Origin: Acetobacteraceae bacterium
Lineage (GTDB): Bacteria > Pseudomonadota > Alphaproteobacteria > Acetobacterales > Acetobacteraceae
Direction: 5' to 3'
DNA: 64,000 nt
Assembly (NCBI GenBank): GCA_050730175.1
Contig: JBOHMN010000387.1
Span: forward strand, 13,336 to 77,335
This document shows, piece after piece, positions 21,666 through 35,823 of this stretch (positions are counted from its first letter, which is position 1; the number at the start of each line of letters is the position of its first letter). The notes under the pieces were generated by a model. It was not told the origin of the DNA. It ran no database searches and saw nothing but the letters and a program-made list of their open reading frames with translations. The position numbers and the translations under genes are program-made.

Positions 21666-21675
21666 GACAACCGCG

Positions 21676-22581
21676 ATGATCCAGGTCGGCATTTTCAACG
21701 GCTACTTTCCCTATCCGCTCATGGAGCAGGCTCGGCGGATCCGCGCGCTCGGGTTCAACACGGTGCAGCTCGACCTTGCCTTCAAGGACATCGATTTCTC
21801 GACGCCGGAAGCGATCACCAGGGAGAAGGCCCTGCGTGTACGCGAGGCGTTCCGTGATCATGACCTGCCAATCTCAGCGCTTTCCGGCTACACCAACATC
21901 GTCCACCCGGAGCCCGTGATACGGCGGCGCAACCTGGACATGCTGCGGGCGATCATTTGTAACGCGCGCCAGTTCGGAACACCTTATGTGATCAGCGAAA
22001 CCGGCACATTTGCCACCGACAGCGACTGGGCCTCGCACCCGCGCAACCGGACCGAGGCGGGATTTGCCGAATGCCGCACCATCATCGCCGAACTCACTCA
22101 GCTCGCCTACGATCACGGTGCCGTGCTCCTGATCGAGACCTACGTGAACAACGTCGTGGGTTCGGTTGCGGAGACCGTGCGCATGTTCGCAGAGGTGGAT
22201 CACCCCGGGCTTGGGCTGCTGATGGACCCGACCAACTATTTCGACGGTAACAATATCGACCACATGGGCACAGTACTCAGAGAAGTGTTCGATACGCTGT
22301 CCGAGAAGGTCCGTATCGCACATGCCAAGGACGTGAAGCGCTCCGAAACCGCCGCGGAAAAGCGCGCGAATATCGACGCTTCTGCGGCGCACCGGTTTCG
22401 CGGTATCGGTGCCGTCGAGCTGCCTGCGCCGGGGCTCGGCTCGCTCGACTACGACGATTACCTGACGCGACTCTCCCGCAAGCATCCCAACATTTCGTTG
22501 ATCATCGAGCACCTGGACGAGAAGGACGTGCCGCGCGCCAAACGGTTCGTCGACGCAAAGCTTCGATCGAACGGCCTTTAG
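21676..22581 (+). CDS. sugar phosphate isomerase/epimerase, xylose-isomerase-like TIM barrel
   Basis: ORF 21580..22581 trimmed to the ATG at 21676 (MIQVGIFNGYF). Candidate metal-ligand positions at ISETG, MDPTN, AHAKD and IEHL. Confidence 0.85.
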   Translation: MIQVGIFNGYFPYPLMEQARRIRALGFNTVQLDLAFKDIDFSTPEAITREKALRVREAFRDHDLPISALSGYTNIVHPEPVIRRRNLDMLRAIICNARQFGTPYVISETGTFATDSDWASHPRNRTEAGFAECRTIIAELTQLAYDHGAVLLIETYVNNVVGSVAETVRMFAEVDHPGLGLLMDPTNYFDGNNIDHMGTVLREVFDTLSEKVRIAHAKDVKRSETAAEKRANIDASAAHRFRGIGAVELPAPGLGSLDYDDYLTRLSRKHPNISLIIEHLDEKDVPRAKRFVDAKLRSNGL

Positions 22582-22620
22582 CGGCCGCTCCGGTGAAACT
22601 GGGCAGAGGAGAAACAAGAC

Positions 22621-23535
22621 ATGGCGAGAGCTTACGCAAGCGCGATCATCGCGGCGCCGGTCGAAGCGGTCTGGCAGATCGTGCGGGATTTCAATGCGCT
22701 TCCCGCCTGGAACCCGACGGTCAAGGAAAGCCGGATCGAGGATGACCGGGATGCTGCCGCGGTTGGCGCGGTGCGTTCCTTCTCGCTCTCGGACGGCACC
22801 CCGGTGCGCGAGCGTTTGCTCGAGCTCGATGATTGCCGCTATCGCTTCCGCTACAAGTTCGAGCTGCCTGCCTTTCCGGTCGAGAACTACGTCGCGACTT
22901 TTACTCTCATTCCTGTCACGAGCGGTGATGTCACCTTCGCCGCATGGAAAGCGAAGTTCGACGAACCTGCCTCGGAGCCGGGACGCTACGTCAAGATCAT
23001 TTCCAGGTCGGTTTTTGGCGATGGCCTCGCTCGGCTGGCCGAAAGCGCAGCCGGCGGCAAGAGCCCGGATGGCGCGGTGCGCTGGCTGGGCTTTCGTCCG
23101 GCCAAGGTGTTCTGCTCATCCGTCATTCATGCAGCACTGCCTGCGGTCTGGGAAATAGTGCGGGACTTCGCCGGCATGGCAGGCTGGCATCCCGACATCC
23201 GTGACATGCACATGATCGGCGGTGCGTCCTCAGACAAGGTTGGCGCCACGCGCGCGCTTCACCTCGGTGACGATGCAATCGAAGAACAACTCACCTCTCT
23301 CTCCGACCACCGCCATTCCTTCCGTTACCGGATTACGAAGAGCACGCTGCCGGTGCTCGACTACCATGCCGGCGTCGCGCTTCAACCGATCACCGCAACA
23401 AACGAAACCTTGGCCGTTTGGACCGCGGACTGGATTGCCGCGCCACACGATGATCTCGCGCTCATCCCCGTCTTGCGGGACAACGTCTTCCAAAAGGCCT
23501 TCGACACGTTGAGTCAGCGCTTCGCTTCCCACTGA
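22621..23535 (+). CDS. tandem (di-domain) SRPBCC / Bet v1-like ligand-binding protein
   Basis: 304 aa with an internal repeat. AIIAAPVEAVWQIVRDFNALPAWNPTV matches SVIHAALPAVWEIVRDFAGMAGWHPDI. CRYRFRYKF matches HRHSFRYRI. Confidence 0.8.
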   Translation: MARAYASAIIAAPVEAVWQIVRDFNALPAWNPTVKESRIEDDRDAAAVGAVRSFSLSDGTPVRERLLELDDCRYRFRYKFELPAFPVENYVATFTLIPVTSGDVTFAAWKAKFDEPASEPGRYVKIISRSVFGDGLARLAESAAGGKSPDGAVRWLGFRPAKVFCSSVIHAALPAVWEIVRDFAGMAGWHPDIRDMHMIGGASSDKVGATRALHLGDDAIEEQLTSLSDHRHSFRYRITKSTLPVLDYHAGVALQPITATNETLAVWTADWIAAPHDDLALIPVLRDNVFQKAFDTLSQRFASH

Positions 23536-23822
23536 GGGTAGGCTGCGCAGCCGCGGCGGTGCACTTCCGCGCTACCGCCGGGGGCGGGTGGGGGTTGCAT
23601 TTGCAATCGCGCACGACGCCGCGACGGCCTCGATCGCGGTCGTCTATCGGCGGCGGGCAGCAAACGAGTTCCACCAGCCTGCGTTCCTCGGACCGCTCGA
23701 TGATCAGCACGTCATGCGCGAGCCCGCGGATCCGGCCTGCGGATGCATGCACGAGCTTGGCGTACCCGCTTCGAGCGGTAAGGCTGGATGATCGCCGATA
23801 TCCTCGCCAATCCCTCTGGATG

Positions 23823-23849
23823 CGCGCCCGGCGTCTTTAGCCGGGCGCG
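23823..23849. terminator. GC hairpin between the convergent SRPBCC gene and rpoC
   Basis: GCGCCCGGC (23824-23832) pairs with GCCGGGCGC (23840-23848). Lies 17 nt past the rpoC stop. No clear U-tract on either strand. Confidence 0.35.
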
Positions 23850-23865
23850 GCGTGCAGATTCGGGG

Positions 23866-26800
23866 TTACTCGGCTGGGACTTCCGCCGTCTGCCCAGTGA
23901 TCGCCGGCACGTCAGCCGGCAGCCGCTGTTGCTCACGGCCGACGGCGATCGTACGCAACCGGTTCATCACGCTTCCCGTTCCGGCCGGGATCAGCCGCCC
24001 GACGATCACGTTCTCTTTGAGCCCCGAAAGGTTGTCCACCTTACCTGCCGTTGCCGCTTCGGTCAGCACGCGGGTCGTCTCCTGGAACGATGCCGCACTG
24101 ATGAAGCTATGCGTCTGCAACGACGCCTTGGTGATGCCTTGCAGCACCGGCATCGCCGCGGCGGGCCGCTCTCCCGCCTGCTCGCGCTTGGTGTTCTCGG
24201 CGTCGAAGTCGAGCCGATCCACCTGCTCGCCAGCAAGGAAGGTGGTGTCTCCGGGATCGAGGATCTCGACCTTCTGCAGCATCTGCCGCACGATCACCTC
24301 GATGTGCTTGTCGTTGATCTTCACCCCTTGCAGTCGATAGACGTCCTGGATTTCGTTGACCAGATAGTCGGAGAGCGCTTCCACGCCGAGCACCTTCAGG
24401 ATGTCGTGCGGCACGCGCGGCCCATCCACCAGCGGATCACCGCGTCGCACGAAATCTCCTTCCTGGACCGATATATGTTTGCCCTTCGGGATCAGGTACT
24501 CGCTCTCCTCGGTTGTTTCATCGTTCTTGACGATGATGCGGCGCTTGGCCTTGTAGTCCTTGCCGAACTCCACCCGCCCGTCGATCTCAGCGATGACCGC
24601 ATGGTCTTTCGGCCGGCGCGCCTCGAACAGCTCGGCCACGCGGGGCAGGCCGCCCGTGATGTCGCGGGTCTTGCTGCCTTCGCGCGGAATGCGAGCCAGC
24701 ACATCCCCGGCGTTCACCCGTGCCCCATTCTCCACTGAAAGGATCGAGTCGGGCGCGAGGAAGTACCGCGCGTCCGAGCCGTTGGCGAGCTTCACAACTT
24801 CGCCTTTCTCGTCCTTCAGTTGTAGCCGTGGCCTGAGATCGATCCCCTTTGCAGTCTGCTTGTAGTCGACGACCACTTTCGAAGCGATCCCTGTCACCTC
24901 GTCCATGCGGTCGACCAAGGTCGCCCCGTCGATCAGGTCGAAATACTCGGCGACGCCGGCCTGCTCGGTAATGATCGGCAGAGTGAAGGGATCCCATTCT
25001 GCAAGTTTCTGCCCACGCGCCGCCTGCTGACCCTCATCAGCCAGGAGGCGCGCACCGTACGGAACGCGGAAGCGGGCCCGCTCGCGCTCGCGATCATCGA
25101 TCAGCAGCAGTTCGCAATTGCGGCTCATGACCACCGGCATGCCCTGGCTGTTCATGACCACACTGCGGTTCCTGACGCTGACCGTGCCGTCGTGACTCGC
25201 TTCGATACTGGATTGCTCGACGCCGCGCTGCGCCGCGCCGCCGATATGGAAGGTCCGCATCGTGAGCTGCGTGCCGGGTTCGCCAATCGACTGCGCGGCG
25301 ATCACACCGACCGCCTCGCCGATATTCACCGGCGTGCCACGCGCAAGGTCTCGCCCGTAGCAGAGTGCACACACCCCGACCTTGGACTGGCAGGTCAAAA
25401 CCGAGCGGATGCGAATCACTTCCACTCCCGCCCGCTCGATGCTCTCGGCGGCCTCCTCTTCGATCAGGCAGTTTTGCGGCACCAGAACTTCGCCGCTCGC
25501 CGGGTCGAGAACGTCCTCCGCCGTGGTCCGCCCGAGGATCCGCTCGTAAAGGCTGGAGATGACCTCTCCGCCGTCCATCACGGCATGTACTGTAAGCCCT
25601 CGCTCGGTGCCGCAATCGTCCTCGATGATGATGGAATCCTGCGCGACGTCGACGAGCCGGCGCGTGAGATAGCCGGAGTTGGCGGTCTTGAGTGCGGTGT
25701 CTGCGAGACCTTTGCGGGCGCCGTGCGTGGAATTGAAATACTCAAGGACCGAGAGCCCCTCTTTGAAGTTGGCGATGATCGGCTGCTCGATGATCTCGCC
25801 AGAGGGTTTCGCCATCAGCCCGCGCATGCCGGCAAGCTGGCGCATCTGCGCCGGGCTGCCGCGCGCGCCGGAGTGGCTCATCATCCAGACGCTGTTGATG
25901 GGCTTATCCACATCCTGGCGCCGGATCTCCTCCATCATCGCCTTCGCCACCTCGTCGGTGCAGCGCGACCAGGCATCGACCACCTTGTTGTAGCGCTCAC
26001 CCGATGTGATCAGTCCGTCCTGATATTGGCTCTCGAAGTCCTTGACCTCCGTCTGCGTCCGCCGGATCAGCTCACCCTTCACCACCGGAATGATCAGATC
26101 ATCCTTACCGAAGCTGATTCCGGCTTTGCAGGCCTGGGTGAAGCCGAGCCCCATCAGCCGGTCGGCAAAGATAACGCACTCCTTCTGGCCACAGTGCCGA
26201 TAGACCGCGTCGATGACATCCGAGATGTTCTTCTTGGTCAGCTCGCGGTTGACCAGGCTGAATGGCACGTCCGGATGGCGCGGCAGTATCTGCCCGATCA
26301 TCATCCGTCCTGGCGTCGTCACGACCACTCGCCGCACCGGCTTGCCTGCGGCGTCGATGCTTTCGAAGCGCGTCTTGATCTTGTCGTGCAGCTCGATAGC
26401 TCCAGTGGCGAGTGCATGCTCGATCTCGCCCATCCCGGTCATCGCCGGGGCGTCCTTGTCTTCGACCTTGAGGTAGGCGGGGGCCTCGATGGAAAGATAG
26501 TAGAGGCCGAGAACCATATCCTGAGTCGGCACGATGATCGGCTTGCCGCTCGCCGGGCTCAGGATGTTGTTGGTCGACATCATTAGAACGCGCGCTTCAA
26601 GCTGTGCCTCGAGTGACAACGGCACGTGCACGGCCATCTGGTCGCCATCGAAATCGGCGTTGAATGCCGTGCAGACGAGCGGGTGAAGCTGGATGGCCTT
26701 GCCCTCGATCAGCACGGGCTCGAAGGCCTGGATGCCGAGCCTGTGCAGCGTCGGCGCGCGGTTGAGCAGCACCGGGTGTTCGCGAATGACCTCCTCGAGG

Positions 26801-28035
26801 ATGTCCCACACTTCCGGACGTTCCTTCTCCACCATCCGCTTGGCCGCTTTGACGGTGGTCGCATGCCCGTACTTCTCGAGCTTGGCATAGATGAATGGTT
26901 TGAACAGCTCGAGCGCCATCTTCTTCGGCAACCCGCACTGATGCAGCTTCAACTCGGGCCCGACGACGATGACCGAGCGGCCGGAATAATCGACCCGCTT
27001 GCCGAGCAGGTTCTGGCGGAATCTGCCCTGCTTGCCCTTCAGCATGTCGGATAGCGACTTCAACGGACGCTTGTTCGCCCCGGTGATCGCCCGGCCGCGC
27101 CGGCCGTTATCGAACAATGCGTCGACGCTTTCCTGCAGCATCCGCTTCTCGTTGCGCACGATGATGTCGGGTGCCCGAAGCTCAATCAGCCGCTTCAGCC
27201 GGTTGTTCCGGTTGATGACGCGGCGGTAAAGGTCATTCAAATCCGACGTCGCGAACCGCCCGCCGTCGAGAGGCACAAGCGGCCTGAGCTCCGGGGGGAT
27301 GACCGGCACGACGTCAAGGATCATCCACTCTGGCCGCGCGCCCGAGTCGGCAAACGCCTCGGCGAGCTTCAGCCGCTTCACCAGCTTCTTGCGCCGCGCC
27401 TCGCTATTGGTCTCCTTCAGCTCGGCGCGAAGCTTGGTCTTCTCGGCGTCGAGGTCGATGCCGCTCAGGATCTGCTTGACTGCTTCGGCGCCTATTCCCA
27501 CCCGGAACTCGTCCTCGCCGAACTCGTCTTGCTTCGCTTGCAGGGCATCCTCATTGAGGAGCTGATACTGCTTCAGGTCCGTTGTGCCGGGCTCGAGTAC
27601 GACGTAGCTCTCGAAGTAGAGGATCTTCTCGAGGTCTTTGAGTGACAGGTCGGCCATCAGGCCGATACGGCTCGGCAGCGATTTCAGGAACCAGATGTGC
27701 GCAACTGGCGAGGCCAGTTCGATGTGCCCCATGCGTTCGCGCCGGACCTTTGCCAGCGTCACCTCGACACCGCACTTCTCACAGATGATGCCGCGGAACT
27801 TCATCCTCTTATACTTACCGCATAGGCACTCGTAGTCTTTGATCGGGCCGAAGATACGGGCGCAGAACAGCCCATCCCGCTCCGGCTTGAAGGTACGGTA
27901 GTTGATAGTCTCCGGCTTCTTGATTTCGCCGTACGACCAGCTCCGGATCTGCTCCGGCGAGGCAATCTGGATCTTGATCTGGTCGAAGGTCGTTGCCTGA
28001 CCGGCCTGACCAAGGATCTTCATCAGCTCGTTCAT
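23866..28035 (-). CDS. rpoC: DNA-directed RNA polymerase subunit beta'
   Basis: 1389 aa containing [12 protein letters not shown]. Confidence 0.99.
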   Translation of the reverse strand: MNELMKILGQAGQATTFDQIKIQIASPEQIRSWSYGEIKKPETINYRTFKPERDGLFCARIFGPIKDYECLCGKYKRMKFRGIICEKCGVEVTLAKVRRERMGHIELASPVAHIWFLKSLPSRIGLMADLSLKDLEKILYFESYVVLEPGTTDLKQYQLLNEDALQAKQDEFGEDEFRVGIGAEAVKQILSGIDLDAEKTKLRAELKETNSEARRKKLVKRLKLAEAFADSGARPEWMILDVVPVIPPELRPLVPLDGGRFATSDLNDLYRRVINRNNRLKRLIELRAPDIIVRNEKRMLQESVDALFDNGRRGRAITGANKRPLKSLSDMLKGKQGRFRQNLLGKRVDYSGRSVIVVGPELKLHQCGLPKKMALELFKPFIYAKLEKYGHATTVKAAKRMVEKERPEVWDILEEVIREHPVLLNRAPTLHRLGIQAFEPVLIEGKAIQLHPLVCTAFNADFDGDQMAVHVPLSLEAQLEARVLMMSTNNILSPASGKPIIVPTQDMVLGLYYLSIEAPAYLKVEDKDAPAMTGMGEIEHALATGAIELHDKIKTRFESIDAAGKPVRRVVVTTPGRMMIGQILPRHPDVPFSLVNRELTKKNISDVIDAVYRHCGQKECVIFADRLMGLGFTQACKAGISFGKDDLIIPVVKGELIRRTQTEVKDFESQYQDGLITSGERYNKVVDAWSRCTDEVAKAMMEEIRRQDVDKPINSVWMMSHSGARGSPAQMRQLAGMRGLMAKPSGEIIEQPIIANFKEGLSVLEYFNSTHGARKGLADTALKTANSGYLTRRLVDVAQDSIIIEDDCGTERGLTVHAVMDGGEVISSLYERILGRTTAEDVLDPASGEVLVPQNCLIEEEAAESIERAGVEVIRIRSVLTCQSKVGVCALCYGRDLARGTPVNIGEAVGVIAAQSIGEPGTQLTMRTFHIGGAAQRGVEQSSIEASHDGTVSVRNRSVVMNSQGMPVVMSRNCELLLIDDRERERARFRVPYGARLLADEGQQAARGQKLAEWDPFTLPIITEQAGVAEYFDLIDGATLVDRMDEVTGIASKVVVDYKQTAKGIDLRPRLQLKDEKGEVVKLANGSDARYFLAPDSILSVENGARVNAGDVLARIPREGSKTRDITGGLPRVAELFEARRPKDHAVIAEIDGRVEFGKDYKAKRRIIVKNDETTEESEYLIPKGKHISVQEGDFVRRGDPLVDGPRVPHDILKVLGVEALSDYLVNEIQDVYRLQGVKINDKHIEVIVRQMLQKVEILDPGDTTFLAGEQVDRLDFDAENTKREQAGERPAAAMPVLQGITKASLQTHSFISAASFQETTRVLTEAATAGKVDNLSGLKENVIVGRLIPAGTGSVMNRLRTIAVGREQQRLPADVPAITGQTAEVPAE

Positions 28036-28211
28036 GCGCTCTTGACTCCTGCCCGGCCGGTTTCAGCGGTCGCAGCCATCGGACCTATTCCGCCACTTTC
28101 CAGGCGCCACCTTTTGCGGAAATACCGCGCCGGCATGTTGTTATCCCAGTGATCGATTCATGCTCTCGAAGCGGCTTGGCTTCGTACAGAGCTCCTCACC
28201 GCGCTCGGGCA

Positions 28212-32384
<4,173 letters not shown>

Positions 32385-32522
32385 CGCCTGCCCTGCTGCC
32401 CTCTCAAGCTATGCGTGGTCGCCCGGATATCCCGAAAACAGCAACAGGGCGGGAACCCACGCGATTCCCACCCTCTTTTCCCCGGGGCACGCCATGCCGC
32501 CCCGGGCGCCCTGATCGCCGAT

Positions 32523-32900
32523 CTATTTGATCTCGACAGTCGCGCCCTGCTCTTCCAGAACCTTCCGAATCTTCTCCGCCTCCTCCTTGTTCACGCCCTC
32601 CTTGACCGGCTTTGGCGCGCCATCCACGAGATCCTTGGCCTCCTTGAGGCCGAGTCCGGTGATGGTCCGCACTTCTTTGATAACGTTGATCTTTTTCTCG
32701 CCGATCTTGCTCAGTATGACGGTGAACTCCGTCTGCTCCTCAACCGCCGGCTGTGCGGCCTGCGGAGATGCAGCAGCGGCGGCCGCAGCCGGTGCGGCGG
32801 CCGAAACCCCCCACTTCGTCTCCAACAGCTTCGAAAGTTCGGCGGCTTCCAGCACCGTGAGGCCGGAGAGTTCGTCAACCAGCTTCGCCAAGTCTGTCAT
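32523..32900 (-). CDS. rplL: 50S ribosomal protein L7/L12 (bL12)
   Basis: ORF 32523..32951 trimmed to [32 protein letters not shown]. Confidence 0.95.
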   Translation of the reverse strand: MTDLAKLVDELSGLTVLEAAELSKLLETKWGVSAAAPAAAAAAASPQAAQPAVEEQTEFTVILSKIGEKKINVIKEVRTITGLGLKEAKDLVDGAPKPVKEGVNKEEAEKIRKVLEEQGATVEIK

Positions 32901-32999
32901 GTTCGCGTGTCCTGTTAGATTAAACCTGGATGGGGCCGTTGCAAGCCCCACCCTCCGCCCAGCTTCCGGCGTTCGAAAGCGTCCTTCGCAACGCGGGCA

Positions 33000-33509
33000 C
33001 TAGCTTTGCGCATAGGCGCCGAGAACACGGGCCAAACCGCCGGCGGGCTCCGCCAGCACTCTGGCCAGCCGCTCGGCCGGCCTGCGCAGCAAGCCGGCGA
33101 GCATCGCCCGCAGCGTCTCGAGAGATGGAAGCTCGGCTAATGCCTCAACCGCCTTCGCATCCAGGGCCTTTTCCCCGAGCGCGGCGCCGACCACGATGAA
33201 GCGGTCGTTCGTCCTGGCGAAACCGACCGCTACCTTGGCCACCGCCACGGGATCGCTGCACCATGCAAGCGCGGTCGGGCCCTTGAGAAGCGAGGCGATG
33301 CCGGTGAAACGGGTGCCGGCCAATGCTCGGGTCGCAAGACGGTTCTTGGCGACCCGGTAGGTGGCCCCGGCAGCACGCATGCGGCGACGGAGGTCGGACG
33401 CCTCGGCGACCGAAAGACCGCGGTTGCGGCCGACCACAATGATCTCTGTGCCGCCCAGAACCGTCGCCAGCGACTGGACGAAAAGCTGCTTTTCGGTCCG
33501 ATTCATCAC
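33000..33509 (-). CDS. rplJ: 50S ribosomal protein L10 (uL10)
   Basis: Starts (M)[13 protein letters not shown] and contains [28 protein letters not shown]. Start is either GTG at 33509 or ATG at 33506. Both overlap the rplA stop. Confidence 0.94.
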   Translation of the reverse strand: MMNRTEKQLFVQSLATVLGGTEIIVVGRNRGLSVAEASDLRRRMRAAGATYRVAKNRLATRALAGTRFTGIASLLKGPTALAWCSDPVAVAKVAVGFARTNDRFIVVGAALGEKALDAKAVEALAELPSLETLRAMLAGLLRRPAERLARVLAEPAGGLARVLGAYAQS

Positions 33510-34216
33510 CTACCCCCGGCCGGCCCGGCAAGGCTGCCGAGATCAACACGCACCCCCGGCCCCATGGTTGACGACAGCGCGACCTTCTTAAGGTAGGTCC
33601 CCTTGGCGCCCGCGGGCTTAGCCTTCTGGATTGCCTCGACAAAAGTCCGGATGTTGGTGGCGAGACGGTCCTCCGCGAAACTTGCCTTGCCAACCCCGGC
33701 GTGCACGATCCCGGCCTTCTCGGCGCGGAACTCGACATGTCCGGCCTTCGCCGCAGCGACCGCTGCCCCGATATCCATGGTCACGGTGCCGAGGCGGGGA
33801 TTGGGCATCAGACCGCGCGGCCCCAGAATTTTGCCAAGCCGGCCGACCAAGGCCATCAGATCGGGCGTCGCGAGGCAACGATCGAAGTTGATTTCGCCTG
33901 CCTGAACTTTCTCGGCTAGATCTTCCGCGCCCACCGTGTCGGCGCCGGCAGCGCGCGCTTCCTCAGCCTTGGCAGCCCGAGCGAACACCGCGACGCGGAC
34001 GCTGCGGCCGGTGCCGTGTGGCAAGCTCACCATCCCGCGAACCATCTGGTCTGCGTGGCGGGGGTCGATGCCGAGATTCATTGCGACTTCGACCGTTTCG
34101 TCGAACTTTGCCTTCGCGTTCCCTTTCACCAGACGAATCGCCTCGGCGAGAGGGTAAGCCCGGGTGTGATCGAAGGCCTGGTATCCGGCACTGAGGCGCT
34201 TCCCTGTGCGCGGCAT
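33506..34216 (-). CDS. rplA: 50S ribosomal protein L1 (uL1)
   Basis: 236 aa containing [26 protein letters not shown]. Confidence 0.96.
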   Translation of the reverse strand: MPRTGKRLSAGYQAFDHTRAYPLAEAIRLVKGNAKAKFDETVEVAMNLGIDPRHADQMVRGMVSLPHGTGRSVRVAVFARAAKAEEARAAGADTVGAEDLAEKVQAGEINFDRCLATPDLMALVGRLGKILGPRGLMPNPRLGTVTMDIGAAVAAAKAGHVEFRAEKAGIVHAGVGKASFAEDRLATNIRTFVEAIQKAKPAGAKGTYLKKVALSSTMGPGVRVDLGSLAGPAGGR

Positions 34217-34218
34217 CC

Positions 34219-34650
34219 TCAGCTCTCCACCTGAAGGCCCATCGAGCGCGCCGAGCCGGCCAACATTTTCACCGCCGCCTCGATATCGGTGGTGTTCATG
34301 TCCTGCAACTTCCTGGCCGCGATCTCGCGGAGCTGAGCCATCGTGACCTTGCCTACCGGAGCGCCCTTGCCCGGGGCGTTGGCCCCTTTCTCTACCTTCG
34401 CGGCCTGGAACAGAAAGTAGCTGTTCGGCGGGGTCTTAGTGACAAACGTGAATGTGCGATCAGCGAAGGCGGTGATGACGACTGGGATCGGCATCCCTGG
34501 TTCGAGATGCTGCGTGGCAGCATTGAACTCCTTGCAAAACGCCATGATGTTCAGGCCGCGCTGGCCGAGCGCAGGCCCGACCGGGGGCGAGGGATTAGCC
34601 TTGCCCGCGGGAATTTGCACTTTGATGTAACCAGCGATCTTCTTCGCCAT
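34219..34650 (-). CDS. rplK: 50S ribosomal protein L11 (uL11)
   Basis: ORF 34219..34701 trimmed to [32 protein letters not shown]. Confidence 0.95.
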   Translation of the reverse strand: MAKKIAGYIKVQIPAGKANPSPPVGPALGQRGLNIMAFCKEFNAATQHLEPGMPIPVVITAFADRTFTFVTKTPPNSYFLFQAAKVEKGANAPGKGAPVGKVTMAQLREIAARKLQDMNTTDIEAAVKMLAGSARSMGLQVES

Positions 34651-35823
34651 CCCTGGAGCTCCAATCTCCGCCCGAGCCGCCGTCGGTGCTCGAGGACCCA
34701 AGGACCGCGGTGCACACGACCACCACGCGGCTAACCCATTACGCCGCGCGCAGTCTCCCGCGTTCCGCCAAGGCTAAATGCCTACATGATGCAGGGAGGC
34801 CTGTCCAGCCCTATTCGCCGCGGACCGTGCCGATCGACGCTCCGGCGCGACAGAGCCCGCGCCCGGGGCTGGCCCGGCGCCGCGCGACCGCCGCGCGCGC
34901 TCGCGGGAGTGCCAGAGCGGCTTGCGGCCATTGTGCGGGCAACGACGCTTCAGGCGGCGATCTGCCTGCCGCATCTTTCGACCTTCACCGGTGAGCTTGA
35001 GGCTCCGGCGGATGTTGGGGGCTCGCCCGGCCGGCGGTCGATCCGCTGCGTGGCCGGGGAGGGCTGCGCAGGACACCGGCGGCAAGAGCTGATGTGGCAC
35101 CTGCAGAATAAACCGATGCATCCGTCAGAGCAACGAGTCGCGGCGGCGATGCAGCGTGCACAGGAAGAACCCAGACGTGCTTCGGCTGTTTGAGACCGGC
35201 CGCGGGAAGATTTCTGGCGAGAGATCACAGCGGGGGACGTGAAAAGCAGAGCGGCATGCCGACGCTGCCCGAAAGCGAGGCCGAGTCGCGCATCGAAGCG
35301 GCATATGCGGCAGGCGGTGCTGCGCTCGGTGGAGACCTCCGCGGTACCGTTCTCGGCTCTGGTCGCGTTCGGCCAGATCGCCCTTTGCAAGGTTGTCCGC
35401 TGGCAAACGCCCGCCCAACCGCCGGCTGCTCGATGCGTCAGCCGCGCTGTGTGAAGCGGCACGCTCGACCTAGTGGTCCGACCCTAACATTTGTTGCCCA
35501 GGAAGGAGGCCCTCAGCGCGGACCACTAGCTCTTTATTTTCAGTTGCCTGCACATCCTCCGTCGCGTTCTGCCGTGGGCAGCACGCGACGGGGGCAGGAC
35601 ATTAGTGGGGAGGTCGTCACGGCAATTTCGACCAGTTTCGCTGCAGCGGCCGGTCTTTCGTGGCGGTGCCGATTGCTTCACGCGCACGATCTACCGAGCT
35701 ATGGTGCCGGCCTCGTGTGGAGCGCGATGATCCGGACGCTGAAATGCGCTACTGCCAGGATTGCCTTTCCATTATTTGTAAATCTGCCAGCTTGGTACAG
35801 CACTTGAGAGCAAGGGGGGTCTG

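Noticed and set aside
23462-23752. 96-aa minus-strand ORF between the SRPBCC gene and rpoC, containing the protein-like string GLAHDVLIIERSEERRLVELV.
   Set aside because: It is too short and I cannot assign it to a family. It overlaps the SRPBCC gene end on the opposite strand. It might be a remnant of a lost gene, even a regulator, but I cannot support that from sequence alone.
13696-23865. Calling the accessory block a recently acquired genomic island.
   Set aside because: No integrase, tRNA target, IS element, flanking direct repeats or visible compositional shift was found. Only the break in synteny is supported, so it is reported as an insertion of unknown age.
28131-28165. Possible fifth copy of the repeat's second hairpin in the rpoB-rpoC spacer (GGCATGTT...TTCATGCTC).
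   Set aside because: Only a 5-bp stem and a few shared bases are present. The CTAGAGC terminus and the long palindrome are absent. The similarity is within chance for short motifs.
35791-35806. Sigma-54-like TGGTAC-N5-TTGA upstream of the LivK-type gene.
   Set aside because: The -12 element has GA instead of the conserved GC. The implied transcription start would fall within or after the SD, about 10 nt from the ATG. No enhancer-binding protein gene is nearby.
35190-35807. 205-aa plus-strand ORF as a real gene.
   Set aside because: Only its last ~40 residues resemble anything, namely the tail of the neighbouring binding protein. The rest is Arg/Ala/Gly/Pro-rich with no domain. It contains the AT-rich hairpin region. 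It is treated as a gene remnant plus chance ORF.
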